Assembly: GCA_964544145.1 (NCBI GenBank)
Contig: CAZJAT010000004.1
Span: forward strand, 16,177 to 80,176
Direction: 5' to 3'
DNA length: 64,000 nt
Source: an uncultured Bacteroidales bacterium
GTDB lineage: Bacteria; Hydrothermota; 32-111
The notes below the pieces were generated by a model. It ran no database searches and was not told the origin of the DNA. It was given only the letters and a program-made list of their open reading frames with translations. This document shows, in pieces, positions 30,571 through 41,434 of the stretch. Within the stretch, counting starts at the first letter, position 1. The number at the start of each line of letters is the position of its first letter. A program made the position numbers and the translations under genes.

Positions 30571-31583
30571 ATATTATTTACCTAGATTTTGCTTTAAACA
30601 GAGGGGGCGCAGAGGTGTCCCTTGAGCATTTAATATCTGCATTAAATCCGTTTTACAGACAGGTGGTATATGCACCTACTGATACAAAATTAACAAGAGA
30701 ATGTATTGATTTGGAGCATTTAGAGTGTAATAATAAAATATTCAATATAAAACGGTTTTCACCATTCTCTCTGTTTGCTGTGATTCAATTGATTGTAATT
30801 TCAAGAAGAATAGATAGAAAGGGCATTATTGTATCTAATACATATAAAGCTCATATAACAGGTATGGCATTGAAATTATTGTTTAAAAGAAAATGGGTTC
30901 TTATTGAGAGGGATATTGCAGAAAATAGGGCAGAAAAGATTATGAAGCGGATATTATATCATATAGCAGATAGAACGGTTTTTGTCTCAAATTTCTGCAG
31001 GTATACAAATGGCGGAAAGGGAATTGTGATACACAATATAATTAAAATATGCAGAAATGATGAGAAAAAAAAGTATATATTATATGCGGGTGATTTTACA
31101 AGGGATAAGGGTTTTGACAGGATAATTGATATAATGGATTCCCCGGTTCACCAGTCTGCGATGAAATTTGCCGTAATGGGCAAAGTACCCGAATACAGCA
31201 ATGAGCATTTTGAAATACCGGGCCATGTTGAACATATTGATTATAATTACAATCCATACAGCATTTTGAGAAAAACTGCAGCAATACTCATGCTTAACAG
31301 AAAGGCGGAAAGTTTTTCAAGGGTTACTGCTGAGGCAATGGCATGCGGGGCAATACCGATTGTGATTAAGGGTAATGGTATGGATGATTATGTGAAAAAC
31401 GGAAAAAATGGGATTGTATTAGATCTTTATGATAGAGAAAGCGTGTATTCTGAGATTGGCAAATTATTCAGTAATGAAAATATTAGAAAACGATTGTCTG
31501 CAAATGCAATTAATTCAATCAGTCACTTTAATGAGAATAATGCTGTAATAAAGTGGAAAGAGATGTTTTCAGAAATGATCTGA
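30567..31583 (+). CDS. glycosyltransferase family 4
   Basis: The EX7E region is RVTAEAMACGAIPIV. An ATGA overlap lies at 30567. Confidence 0.65.
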   Translation: MNIIYLDFALNRGGAEVSLEHLISALNPFYRQVVYAPTDTKLTRECIDLEHLECNNKIFNIKRFSPFSLFAVIQLIVISRRIDRKGIIVSNTYKAHITGMALKLLFKRKWVLIERDIAENRAEKIMKRILYHIADRTVFVSNFCRYTNGGKGIVIHNIIKICRNDEKKKYILYAGDFTRDKGFDRIIDIMDSPVHQSAMKFAVMGKVPEYSNEHFEIPGHVEHIDYNYNPYSILRKTAAILMLNRKAESFSRVTAEAMACGAIPIVIKGNGMDDYVKNGKNGIVLDLYDRESVYSEIGKLFSNENIRKRLSANAINSISHFNENNAVIKWKEMFSEMI

Positions 31584-31658
31584 ATACTCATATATTTCAA
31601 ACAGAACAATATTCAAAATGATTATTAGCAATATATAAAGTATTTGTGCTGATAGGGG

Positions 31659-31682
31659 CATACCCGCCATAAGGCGGGTATG
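31659..31682. terminator. perfect 10-bp stem / 4-nt loop hairpin between the convergent GT4 (+) and ftsZ (-) genes
   Basis: The stem is CATACCCGCC ATAA GGCGGGTATG. On the plus strand it is followed by TTGGGGGAGTTTTATTT. It lies 15 nt beyond the ftsZ stop. Confidence 0.45.
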
Positions 31683-31697
31683 TTGGGGGAGTTTTAT

Positions 31698-32834
31698 TTA
31701 ATCAATGGCTCTTCTGAGAAAAGCCGGTGTATCTAAATCAGATGATTTTGCTTTTGACCTCTTATAACCCATATCGGGATTATCATTATCAAATATAATA
31801 TGTTCATCATTTTTTATACTATCGGTTTTTGCATTGAAAAGATCCAATGCCTCAGTATTCTCGAGAACCGGTTCTCTGTCTCGGTTAATGCCTGTTGCAA
31901 CAAGTGTAATTTTGATTTCATCATCAAGATTCTCATCAATTATGGCGCCAAAGATAACTTCTGTCTCTTCGCCTGTTCTTTCCCGGATAACCTCCATACT
32001 TTCATTGATATCGCTGATTGATAAATTTGAAGGACCGGTTATTGTTGCGAGCATTGCAGATGCACCTTCGACTGAACTGTCTTCAAGAATAGGACAATCA
32101 AGAGCAATCTGAGCAGCGCTTGCGCCGCGTGATTCACCTTTAGCATATCCCATTCCAATAACTGCATCGCCTCTGAATGACATCACAGTCTGTACATCAG
32201 CGAAATCCCTGTTGATAAGACCGGGAGTAATGATGATATCTGAAATACCCTTTGCAGCTTTATAGAGTATATTGTCGGCTTCTTCAAATACCTTTGTTAA
32301 TGGTGTGCTTCCTTCGCTTATCTCAACAAGCTTTTCATTGGGTATAATAAGTGTTGTATCAGCCATATCCTTAAGCAGATCAATACCTTCCTGAGCTTGT
32401 TTCATCCTTCTCTTACCCTCAAAATGGAAGGGTTTGGTTATGATCGCAACTGTAAGAATACCGAGTTCTTTTGCAACTTCAGCAATAACCGGTGAAGCAC
32501 CGGTTCCTGTACCGCCGCCCATTCCTGCTGTTATAAAAAGCATATCAGTACCTTCAAGATATTCCTTTATCTCATCCTTGCTTTCTTCTGCTGATTTTTT
32601 ACCCTTATCAGGATTTCCTCCAACCCCTAATCCGCTTGCAACGGATTTTCCTAATTGAATTCTCTGGCTTGCTTTTGATACTGACAGAATTTGCAGATCA
32701 GTATTTGCAGCAACAAAATCGACTCCTTTAAAACCATAAGATATCATTCTGTTGACTGCATTGCCGCCTGCTCCGCCGACGCCGATTATCTTGATCCTTG
32801 CAGGCTGTATCGCATCTTTTACTGGAATAAACAT
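31698..32834 (-). CDS. ftsZ: cell division GTPase FtsZ
   Basis: [18 protein letters not shown] and the tubulin signature GGGTGTG are present. Confidence 0.9.
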   Translation of the reverse strand: MFIPVKDAIQPARIKIIGVGGAGGNAVNRMISYGFKGVDFVAANTDLQILSVSKASQRIQLGKSVASGLGVGGNPDKGKKSAEESKDEIKEYLEGTDMLFITAGMGGGTGTGASPVIAEVAKELGILTVAIITKPFHFEGKRRMKQAQEGIDLLKDMADTTLIIPNEKLVEISEGSTPLTKVFEEADNILYKAAKGISDIIITPGLINRDFADVQTVMSFRGDAVIGMGYAKGESRGASAAQIALDCPILEDSSVEGASAMLATITGPSNLSISDINESMEVIRERTGEETEVIFGAIIDENLDDEIKITLVATGINRDREPVLENTEALDLFNAKTDSIKNDEHIIFDNDNPDMGYKRSKAKSSDLDTPAFLRRAID

Positions 32835-32847
32835 TTGTCTCCCCCTT

Positions 32848-34098
32848 TTATAAATTAAATAAATCTTTTATTGATTTCATCATTTTACCGAATGTATCTC
32901 GTGCATTTGTATTATTTGCTTTCTGCATTATTCTCGGTTTTTTCATCATATCATGTACATAAACAACCATACCTGTAGCAACTGCAAATGAAGGATCATA
33001 GATATTGTCGGCAAGACCTGACAATTTTCTGGGATATCCTATCTTGACAGGTATATCGAGATGTTTCTCAGATAATTCTCTCAATCCCTTCAATGATGCA
33101 GTACCGCCTGTGAGTACAATGCCTGTATTGAGTTTATCATAGAGCATTGATTTATGCAGGCTGTCTTTAATCAAGTCCAGCATTTCCAGAACACGCGGCT
33201 GCACTATGTCTATAATTTGATCCATAGTAACCTTTCTGTCTTCTCTGTCATGTATGCCGGGAATAATTATCTCACCTGATGTATCATTAAAATCCTTTAT
33301 GCAGTTTGCATATTCGGTTTTGATCCTTTCAGCATCTTCTTTGGGTGTTCTCAAACCGATTGATAAATCCTGAGTAATATTGTCTCCTCCGATTTTTATT
33401 GTATCAACATAACGCAGAGAATCATTATAAAAAACAGATACCTTAATTGTTCCTCCTCCGATATCTACCAATGCAACACCCAATTCCTTTTCTTCAGAAT
33501 CAAGGACCGAATTATATGCAGCAACATGCTGTACAATAAAATCTTCATAATTATAACCTGCCCTGTCAATTGCGCTGCTGAAGTTCTGAATGGTAATATT
33601 GGGAACAGCAATAATGAGTGTTTCTGTTTGCAGTTTATTGCCTGTTAGGCCGACAGGATTCTTAATGTCAGGCTGCTCATCAACAGTATATGATACAGGC
33701 AGTATGTGAAGTATATTGTCATCCATATTTGTTGATGTCTTTGTCTGCTCAATAACCCTCAGCACATCATTATGAGAGATTCCGCCCGAATTTGAAATAA
33801 CTACCATACCTGTCGCTGTAAAACCAAGCACATTTTCTCCCCCAATGCTGGCATAGAGAGGAAGATTCTTCACCCCTGCCATCAACTCTGCTTCGGCAAC
33901 AGATCGTTTAACAGCTGATATTGTAGTATCAATATCCACAATATTGCTCTTCCTGAGTCCTGTATTTTTAACTCTGGAAAAACCGATTATATTAAGCTGG
34001 CCATTTTCTTCTTCCTTAGCTATTAATGTTTTGATAGTGCTTGTTCCAATATCAATAACAGCAATTGTCATAACACCTTCCTTGTTATTTTTTAACAA
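32848..34098 (-). CDS. ftsA: cell division protein FtsA
   Basis: It has the actin-like ATPase start VIDIGTSTIKTLIA and sits just upstream of ftsZ. Confidence 0.85.
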   Translation of the reverse strand: MLKNNKEGVMTIAVIDIGTSTIKTLIAKEEENGQLNIIGFSRVKNTGLRKSNIVDIDTTISAVKRSVAEAELMAGVKNLPLYASIGGENVLGFTATGMVVISNSGGISHNDVLRVIEQTKTSTNMDDNILHILPVSYTVDEQPDIKNPVGLTGNKLQTETLIIAVPNITIQNFSSAIDRAGYNYEDFIVQHVAAYNSVLDSEEKELGVALVDIGGGTIKVSVFYNDSLRYVDTIKIGGDNITQDLSIGLRTPKEDAERIKTEYANCIKDFNDTSGEIIIPGIHDREDRKVTMDQIIDIVQPRVLEMLDLIKDSLHKSMLYDKLNTGIVLTGGTASLKGLRELSEKHLDIPVKIGYPRKLSGLADNIYDPSFAVATGMVVYVHDMMKKPRIMQKANNTNARDTFGKMMKSIKDLFNL

Positions 34099-34738
34099 AT
34101 ATCGAATTTCTAAATCTTACATCAACATATTTAAAATCACCTTCCAGCTGATCTATAGGAGGTAAAATATTACCCGGTTTCAGTATAATTGTGATTCCAT
34201 TATATGTATAAACTGTATATTTATTCTTTTTAAAATTGATTTTTTTAATACTTGATTTCTGGTTGATCAAACTATTGAAAATAGTTGCAAAACCCGGGAT
34301 ATCAAATGCTGTTTTATAATTATTATTATCAGTATACATATGTATAATACTAGCATCGCTCTTTATGGGTTTCATGGAAAAATCCTGATAGACAGTATAT
34401 TTATCATTCACTGAGATAACCGGTATTTTCTTATATAGAATTATTTTAATATTTGACGGGTATTCCCTGATAACAGAACGCAGTCCATAATGTGAATACT
34501 CTGCTGCAATGATACTGTCAATAACCCTTTCTTTTACAGAGAGGATATGTGTGCCCAGGAAACAGTCAAATATATTGAATGGAACAATATCAGGATTATT
34601 TGATATTACAACTGTGACATTTGATACCTTGAACATACTGCTTGATCTGACAAAGATAACCGCACTGATAACAATAAATACAGTTATGGCTGATATTACA
34701 CAGAAACGGATAAATACCTCATTCAGTTTTTTTCTCAT
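34085..34738 (-). CDS. ftsQ: cell division protein FtsQ/DivIB-like (N-terminal TM plus POTRA)
   Basis: A basic N-terminus is followed by the TM segment FIRFCVISAITVFIVISAVIFV. It lies between murB and ftsA. The longest ORF reaches 34900 and would overlap murB by 100 nt. The internal ATG at 34738 is the more likely start. Confidence 0.5.
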   Translation of the reverse strand: MRKKLNEVFIRFCVISAITVFIVISAVIFVRSSSMFKVSNVTVVISNNPDIVPFNIFDCFLGTHILSVKERVIDSIIAAEYSHYGLRSVIREYPSNIKIILYKKIPVISVNDKYTVYQDFSMKPIKSDASIIHMYTDNNNYKTAFDIPGFATIFNSLINQKSSIKKINFKKNKYTVYTYNGITIILKPGNILPPIDQLEGDFKYVDVRFRNSIFVKK

Positions 34739-34799
34739 TTTTTTCTTACTTTTTTTGCTGTGTCTCTGCTGCCTGTAGAGTATTTCAGTATGATTTGAA

Positions 34800-35612
34800 T
34801 TATAGTATTTCAATTTCTTTCTCCAGAGTAATTCCAAATGTATTGAAAACTGTTTTCTCAATTTTATCTGTAAGTTCAAGAAAATCACTATATCTTCCAT
34901 TGCCTTTATTTATTATAAAATTTGTATGTTTCTCTGATATACATATATCATTGATACAGAAACCGCGCATATGAACTTTGTCTATCAATTCCCAAGCATT
35001 ATAATCCTTATTCTTATAGACAGAACCGAGAGACCTCTCATTCATCGGCTGGATTTTATTACGGGTTTTCATTATAGAGTCAATGTTTTTTCTTATAGAA
35101 TGTTTGTCTATATTTTTCAGTAATAAAACACAGGATATTAAAATACTGTTAATGGAAGATTTTCTATATGAGAAATCAATATCATTTCTTTTAAGGATTC
35201 CATCTGATGCATGCACCTCATATATGAAATCTGATAGATTGATATTACCAGCTCCTGCATTCATTTTAATCATTCCTCCGATTGAGCCGGGGATTGGGAA
35301 TAGCTGTTCAAGACCGCCTATATTTATTTCAGCCAGTTTGTTTATAGCAGATTTGATTGTCATTTCACAGGGAATGCTTACAAGGGGACCGCTGGGGTCA
35401 ATGATCTCTATTGTATTAGCTGTTTGAATCCTTGCTAAATTCAAATTACGGGCATTTTCTGTAAATAGTATATTGGATGCATTGCCTATTACCTTAATAT
35501 TATCGGCATAATTCATATCATCTGTATTTTCCATTATTGTCATTCTGTCTATTACCGGCCCGATACCAATATATGATATGGAAGCCAGGTCAAAATTTTC
35601 AATGATTTGCAT
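34800..35612 (-). CDS. murB: UDP-N-acetylenolpyruvoylglucosamine reductase
   Basis: The N-terminal region looks like the MurB FAD-binding domain (KVIGNASNILF). Its position in the dcw cluster supports the call. At 270 aa it is short for MurB. Confidence 0.65.
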   Translation of the reverse strand: MQIIENFDLASISYIGIGPVIDRMTIMENTDDMNYADNIKVIGNASNILFTENARNLNLARIQTANTIEIIDPSGPLVSIPCEMTIKSAINKLAEINIGGLEQLFPIPGSIGGMIKMNAGAGNINLSDFIYEVHASDGILKRNDIDFSYRKSSINSILISCVLLLKNIDKHSIRKNIDSIMKTRNKIQPMNERSLGSVYKNKDYNAWELIDKVHMRGFCINDICISEKHTNFIINKGNGRYSDFLELTDKIEKTVFNTFGITLEKEIEIL

Positions 35613-36987
35613 TATTCATTTCCTCAGCAAACTGCTTGCTTATACTATTAATGTCTCCTGCGCCAATGAAGAGAAAAACAGTATTGTCTTCAGCAATGCC
35701 TGTCAGATATGCTGATATTTTGTTTTTGTCTTCTATATATGCAATATTATGATAATCCTTACTTTTTATACTGTTATAGAGTAAAGCACCGTTTACACCT
35801 TCAATGGGTTTTTCCCTTGCCGGATATATATCGGTTATAACAATATGATCGGATAGTATAAGGGATTCGGCAAATTGATCAAGGAATTGCAGCGTGCGTG
35901 AAAACAAATGTGGCTGGAATACTGAAATGATTCTGAATTTTCCGAAATTATGAGCTGATTTAATCACTGTAAGTATTTCAGCCGGATGATGAGCATAATC
36001 ATCTATAATGTAAATATTCTTGGCCTTATCTGCATATACTATGTCAAAACGTCTCTCAACTCCGTCAAATTGCTTAATACCTCTCTTTATCATATCAAAA
36101 TCCAATCCGATCTCCATTGCCGTACATATTGCACCCAGAGAATTGATTACATTATGCTGTCCGGGTACATTCAGTTCAATCTTGCCCAAAGGCATATCAT
36201 TACATATAAAATCGTATTTTGAAGACATAGGCATAAGGTCAACATTGATTGCCCTGATATTATTATTAGGATTGAAACCGAAATACAGTATTCTTCTGTC
36301 TATATGTTCAACAGCATTTTTAGTATTATCATCATCACCATTGGCAATAATTGTGCCGTCAAAAGGAACGGATGAAGTGAATTGCCTGAAATGCTCAATG
36401 ATCTCATTTATATCTGAATAATTGTCCATGTGATCTTCATCTATGTTTGTAACAAGTATTATATTCGGATATAAACGCAGGAATGATTTATCACTCTCAT
36501 CTGCTTCGGTGATAAGAAATTTTCCCTTACCTAATTTTGCATTATTATTATCCATTGATTTTACTATTCCGCCCACTATCATTGTAGGGTCCAGACCGGC
36601 AGAATGAAGGATCTTCGCAACCATTGATGTAGTGGTTGTTTTCCCGTGTGTACCTGAAACAGCAATGGAGTATTTAAGCCTCATTAGCTCTGCCAGCATT
36701 TCAGCTCTTGGTATTACAGGTATTTTCAGTGATTTTGCTTCGGTCATTTCTATGTTATCTTCCTTAACAGCTGACGAATAAACAACTATATCTGCATCAT
36801 TAATATTTTCGCGCCTGTGGCCTATATTGATATTGATACCCATTTCATTGAGATTATCAATTATCTTTGAACCCTTCATATCAGAACCCGATATCATATA
36901 GCCCATACCTCTCATAATGGCTGCAATAGAGCTCATTCCAATGCCGCCTATTCCAATAAAATGAATATGTCTTATATTTTTAAACAT
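35599..36987 (-). CDS. murC: UDP-N-acetylmuramate--L-alanine ligase
   Basis: IHFIGIGGIGMSSIAAIM and GTHGKTTTTSMVA are present. Confidence 0.85.
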   Translation of the reverse strand: MFKNIRHIHFIGIGGIGMSSIAAIMRGMGYMISGSDMKGSKIIDNLNEMGININIGHRRENINDADIVVYSSAVKEDNIEMTEAKSLKIPVIPRAEMLAELMRLKYSIAVSGTHGKTTTTSMVAKILHSAGLDPTMIVGGIVKSMDNNNAKLGKGKFLITEADESDKSFLRLYPNIILVTNIDEDHMDNYSDINEIIEHFRQFTSSVPFDGTIIANGDDDNTKNAVEHIDRRILYFGFNPNNNIRAINVDLMPMSSKYDFICNDMPLGKIELNVPGQHNVINSLGAICTAMEIGLDFDMIKRGIKQFDGVERRFDIVYADKAKNIYIIDDYAHHPAEILTVIKSAHNFGKFRIISVFQPHLFSRTLQFLDQFAESLILSDHIVITDIYPAREKPIEGVNGALLYNSIKSKDYHNIAYIEDKNKISAYLTGIAEDNTVFLFIGAGDINSISKQFAEEMNNANH

Positions 36988-37996
36988 AATGCAGTGTCTC
37001 TTTTATGATTTTATCAGTATTCTCTATAATCATAGTATCACTTTTATTATTAATATATTTCTCAATCAGAGAGATGATTCTTTCCTTGCTGAGACTGTTT
37101 TCATTCAGTGATGTTATATTGTGAGTTTTTTTCACATAATAATCTATATTCTTCTGCTGATGATTATCGGCAGCACTGGGTAATGGTATGAATATTGCAG
37201 GTTTTCCTGAATTGTAAATTTCAGCCAGGGACATAGCTCCTGCTCGGGATATAATAATATCAGCCTGATAATACAGTGAGCCCATATCTTCGGTGAAGGG
37301 AATCATTCTTACATATTCATTTTCCGTGACTTCATTCTTCAGCTTTGAACCGACAATTAAAATATTATATTTATCAATATCATTTAGAATTTCATAAATA
37401 TGCTTAAACATATTAAATGCTCCTTGAGATCCACCGCAAATTAGTATTACAGGCCTTGTGTTATTAAAGATGAGCTTGCCATTACTGTGAGGTTCTGCAT
37501 GTGAGCCTATAAAATGCCCTGTGAAAACATTTCTGTTTTTATTTATACCCCTGTATGGGACATCAAATCCTGTGAAAATATATTTTGCAGCAAGTGAAAA
37601 GAATCTGATATTTTTACCTGCAATAATATCCTGTTCCATCAGTATAATAGGTCTTGCCGTTATAAATGCGGCTAAACCTGCAGAGAATGACATATAAGAG
37701 CCCATAAGGAATACAGTGTCTATTCGGTTTCGCAAAATATATGCAATTACAATGAAAACAGAGAGGAAAATATTTAATACATCATTAAAGGATCCATACC
37801 CCTTATACTTAAGAATAAGCGGTTTGATATCTCTGCTTTCATATATTCTCTTTTCAATGTCTCTATTTCCGCAGACAAAGAATATACTGCTATTACTGAA
37901 TATTTTACTCAGCTCCAAAGCAGGTATTATATGGCCTCCTGTGCCTCCGGCGGCAATTAGAATATTCTCATGCATATTTTTTCTCATTTTTTGCAA
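36980..37996 (-). CDS. murG: UDP-GlcNAc:undecaprenyl-PP-MurNAc-pentapeptide GlcNAc transferase
   Basis: ILIAAGGTGGHIIPALEL is the MurG N-terminal signature. Confidence 0.85.
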   Translation of the reverse strand: MQKMRKNMHENILIAAGGTGGHIIPALELSKIFSNSSIFFVCGNRDIEKRIYESRDIKPLILKYKGYGSFNDVLNIFLSVFIVIAYILRNRIDTVFLMGSYMSFSAGLAAFITARPIILMEQDIIAGKNIRFFSLAAKYIFTGFDVPYRGINKNRNVFTGHFIGSHAEPHSNGKLIFNNTRPVILICGGSQGAFNMFKHIYEILNDIDKYNILIVGSKLKNEVTENEYVRMIPFTEDMGSLYYQADIIISRAGAMSLAEIYNSGKPAIFIPLPSAADNHQQKNIDYYVKKTHNITSLNENSLSKERIISLIEKYINNKSDTMIIENTDKIIKETLHYV

Positions 37997-39047
37997 TATT
38001 AATTAATAATCCCACAGCAATCATATTCATCAGAATGGAAGAACCGCCATAGGATATAAATGGTAATCCTAATCCTGTTGTGGGCAATAATTTCAATGAT
38101 ATGGCTATATGAATAAATGCTTTCATAACGATGAAAAAAGTAATGCCATATGCCAACATCTTATTAAATGGAGAATAAGCTCTTTTTGCTACATTCATGC
38201 CTGTATAGAAGAAAAAGAAAAATACCAGAATAATAATCAGTCCGCCTAAAAATCCGAGTTCCTCTCCTATTATAGAGAATATAAAATCGGAATATGCTTC
38301 CGGTATATAGAGAAGTTTTAATTTCCCCATGCCCAGGCCTTCTCCGAGAAAACCTCCATTCCCCATTGCAAGTATAGATGCTTGTGTCTGCTGTGATACG
38401 GGACTCTTGTTGACAAAAGACATCAATCGTGCCATTGCATGGGAATATCTCGGTATCATTGCAGCCCCAATACCGGCAATTGAAAGCACGGGAATGAGGA
38501 TATATTTTTTTGATATATCAGACATGAGAAACATGATAAATACGAAAAATCCCATAAGAAGTGCTGAAGATATGTTTGGTTCAACAAATATCAGACCCAA
38601 AACCGATACAATCATGATAAATATTACTGCAAACTGCTTAGGCGAATTATTCCTTATATCAGGAATTATTCTTGCAAGGAATATAATCATAGAAATCTCA
38701 GCCAGCTCGGACGGCTGAAATGTAAAAATCAAGATTTTAAACCATCTCCTTGCACCATTTATTTCCTTTCCCGCAAGCAGTACAGTGAAGAGAAGTATGA
38801 TTGATATTATAATAAGTAAAGGAGCAATGCGTTTTAAGAACTGAAGGGGAATAGATTTGGCTATAAAGAGACATACTATGCCGATAATTATAAAAATAAA
38901 CTGCCTTCTGAAAAAGTAGAATGGGTCATTATTGAAATTTTTATTCTGATAAGCGATAAAAGAGGATGAACTAAACAGCATAATCATACCAATAAGCAGA
39001 AGTATCATCACTATAATAAATATCTGCTGTTCTGTTTTCATTCCCAT
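37968..39047 (-). CDS. ftsW: SEDS-family peptidoglycan glycosyltransferase FtsW
   Basis: It is a polytopic membrane protein with the conserved FtsW/RodA layout. It lies between murD and murG. Confidence 0.75.
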   Translation of the reverse strand: MGMKTEQQIFIIVMILLLIGMIMLFSSSSFIAYQNKNFNNDPFYFFRRQFIFIIIGIVCLFIAKSIPLQFLKRIAPLLIIISIILLFTVLLAGKEINGARRWFKILIFTFQPSELAEISMIIFLARIIPDIRNNSPKQFAVIFIMIVSVLGLIFVEPNISSALLMGFFVFIMFLMSDISKKYILIPVLSIAGIGAAMIPRYSHAMARLMSFVNKSPVSQQTQASILAMGNGGFLGEGLGMGKLKLLYIPEAYSDFIFSIIGEELGFLGGLIIILVFFFFFYTGMNVAKRAYSPFNKMLAYGITFFIVMKAFIHIAISLKLLPTTGLGLPFISYGGSSILMNMIAVGLLINIAKNEKKYA

Positions 39048-40360
39048 TCTTTTATTTCCTCTTTAAATTTATTTCCTCTATCTGCAAAATCAGTGAACAT
39101 GTCAAATGATGCAAATCCCGGTGAGAAATTAATGGGCGCATCACTTACAGTGATTGAAAAAGCTTTTTTCACAGCATCATGAAGAGACTCAGCTTCAAAG
39201 ATGTTTTTATAATTTTTACTTATTAAATATTCTTTGACTACAGAAGTCGATTCTCCTATGAGAATAGCATTATGAGTATTCTTAATGACTGCATCAATAA
39301 TTATATCAATATCAAAATCTTTATTCCTTCCGCCCAGAATAACGGTTTGTCTCCCAGAGAGGGATTCTACCGAATTTTTGAAAGCTACGGGATTAGTGCA
39401 CATGGAATTATTGTAGATCCGGTGATTGTTTATGGTGCCGATATATTCCATCCTGTGGGGCATTGAAACGAGAGAATTTATATATTGCTGCGTATTTGAT
39501 TCGTTTTCATTAATTATATTGAATACGGCAATAGCCTGCATAAGATTTTCAATATTATGATTTCCCGGCAGCTTGAATTTAGTAATGTCAATTCTATCTT
39601 TACCAAAGTGTATGGAATTTCCTGAGTAGAAAATATCAGCATTTGTTTTCAATAATGATGTATATACAGTATTGGAATGTAAATTAACAGCATTAAGTAT
39701 ATCATCATCCATATTCAGCACAGCATAATCAGATTTATCCTGATTTCGGAAAATATTCATTTTGCAGTTTATATATGTTTCCATATCACCATGTCTGTTT
39801 AAGTGGTCAGGTGAGATATTTGTTATTACACCTATATGAGGATTGAATTTATCAACAGTTTCCAGTTGAAATGAGGATAATTCACATATTATTATTTCGG
39901 GTGAATGATTTAAGACAATTTCGCTCAGAGGTGTCCCGGGGCTTATGTTGCCGCCCAATTCAACATCTTTACCTGATGATTTCAATAATTGATAAGTGAG
40001 AAACGCAGTTGTTGATTTACCATTCGTACCTGTAATTCCAATAAAAACAGCATTGCTGAAATTGTAGGCAAATTCTATTTCAGGTATTACATGAATACCG
40101 GATTCAGATGCTTTTTGAATGAATGTATTGGAATACGGGATACCCGGACTTGTCACAATTATGTCATTATTGAGTATATTATCAGAATGCAGTGTTTCAT
40201 ATTCTGCATTGATTGATTTCATTATATTTCTCTCTTCAGCATTATAATCTGAATCAGAGGAAACAAACACATGGCCGCCTTTGCTGAATGCAAGTTTTGC
40301 AGCAGCTTGACCGCTTTTCTTAAATCCGAGAATGCATACTTGTTTGTTCCTGATATCCAT
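39038..40360 (-). CDS. murD: UDP-N-acetylmuramoylalanine--D-glutamate ligase
   Basis: AVFIGITGTNGKSTTA is the Mur ligase P-loop. Its position follows mraY. Confidence 0.85.
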   Translation of the reverse strand: MDIRNKQVCILGFKKSGQAAAKLAFSKGGHVFVSSDSDYNAEERNIMKSINAEYETLHSDNILNNDIIVTSPGIPYSNTFIQKASESGIHVIPEIEFAYNFSNAVFIGITGTNGKSTTAFLTYQLLKSSGKDVELGGNISPGTPLSEIVLNHSPEIIICELSSFQLETVDKFNPHIGVITNISPDHLNRHGDMETYINCKMNIFRNQDKSDYAVLNMDDDILNAVNLHSNTVYTSLLKTNADIFYSGNSIHFGKDRIDITKFKLPGNHNIENLMQAIAVFNIINENESNTQQYINSLVSMPHRMEYIGTINNHRIYNNSMCTNPVAFKNSVESLSGRQTVILGGRNKDFDIDIIIDAVIKNTHNAILIGESTSVVKEYLISKNYKNIFEAESLHDAVKKAFSITVSDAPINFSPGFASFDMFTDFADRGNKFKEEIKEWE

Positions 40361-40361
40361 T

Positions 40362-41432
40362 TTACCTCAATTTTAATGTACTTAATGCAAGAATGCCGAA
40401 TAATATTGAAATTATCCAGAATCTGACAACTATCTTAGATTCCGGAATACCCTTTAATTCAAATGTATGGTGAATCGGGGCCATAGGGAATATTCTCTTT
40501 TTGGTTAATTTAAAAGATATGACCTGAAGAACAACAGACATTGTTTCAATAGCAAACATACCACCTGCAATAAGCAGGAGAATCTCCTGTTTCAATAGCA
40601 CAGCAGATGCGCCCAGAATACCGCCTAATGTCAATGAACCCGTATCACCCATGAATATTTCTGCCGGATGTGTGTTATACCAGAGAAAACCCAGTGATGA
40701 TGCAGCAGCAGCAGCCAAATATACTGAAATTTCCCCACTGCCGGGAATATACTTCATATTAAGATATGTGCAAAATACAGCATTGCCCGATACATAGGCA
40801 ATTGCTGTGAAAACCGTGAATATTATTCCAAGCATGCCGGCTGCAAGGCCATCAAGTCCATCGGATAAATTAACGGAATTTGAAGCTACAGTCAGAACAA
40901 GCATAACAAAGGGAATAAAGAATACAGACAGATTAATCATCATATTCTTTAGCAGAATTATATTTGTCATTGTCCATATTCCATTATATGCAGGGCTATT
41001 GAGAACAAATAATGAAACAACAGTCCCCAAAGCCAATTGTGTAATAAGCTTATACCTCGGTATAACACCTGTTTTATTCTTTTTTTTCAGAATATCATCA
41101 ATCAGCCCCAATATACCTAAAGTGAGAGTAATTAAAATAAGCAAAATTATGAATGTATTGCTGAGATTTGCCCAAAGCAAAACACCTGTCAATATACTTA
41201 AAATGATTATTATACCGCCCATTGTCGGCGTTCCCGCTTTACTCATATGACGTTCGGGTCCATCACTCCTGATTGTTTCTCTTATATTGAGTTTTTTAAT
41301 AATTCTGATAATGTATTTTCCGACAAAGAAAGAAAAAAGCAGTGAGCTGACGGCTGCCATTGCAGCCCTGAATGTAATGTATGTAAATAATGCAATATTA
41401 TCTGATAAAGGCAATAATAATTTATAAAGCAT
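40362..41432 (-). CDS. mraY: phospho-N-acetylmuramoyl-pentapeptide transferase
   Basis: It is a polytopic membrane protein with the MraY loops NLSDGLDGLA and HHTFE. Confidence 0.85.
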   Translation of the reverse strand: MLYKLLLPLSDNIALFTYITFRAAMAAVSSLLFSFFVGKYIIRIIKKLNIRETIRSDGPERHMSKAGTPTMGGIIIILSILTGVLLWANLSNTFIILLILITLTLGILGLIDDILKKKNKTGVIPRYKLITQLALGTVVSLFVLNSPAYNGIWTMTNIILLKNMMINLSVFFIPFVMLVLTVASNSVNLSDGLDGLAAGMLGIIFTVFTAIAYVSGNAVFCTYLNMKYIPGSGEISVYLAAAAASSLGFLWYNTHPAEIFMGDTGSLTLGGILGASAVLLKQEILLLIAGGMFAIETMSVVLQVISFKLTKKRIFPMAPIHHTFELKGIPESKIVVRFWIISILFGILALSTLKLR

Positions 41433-41434
41433 AA

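Noticed and set aside
34739-34900. Long N-terminal extension of ftsQ overlapping murB by 100 nt (with similar extensions of murE into ftsI and ftsI into ftsL)
   Set aside because: Internal ATGs restore the ATGA or adjacent-stop coupling pattern seen throughout the cluster, and the extensions are not conserved-looking. I treated them as longest-ORF artefacts. This contrasts with the 4282 overlap, where the extension encodes a needed signal peptide.
36020-36421. 133-aa plus-strand ORF
   Set aside because: It is antisense inside murC. It is spurious.
40807-41250. 147-aa plus-strand ORF
   Set aside because: It lies entirely antisense within the conserved mraY gene. No independent signal supports it.
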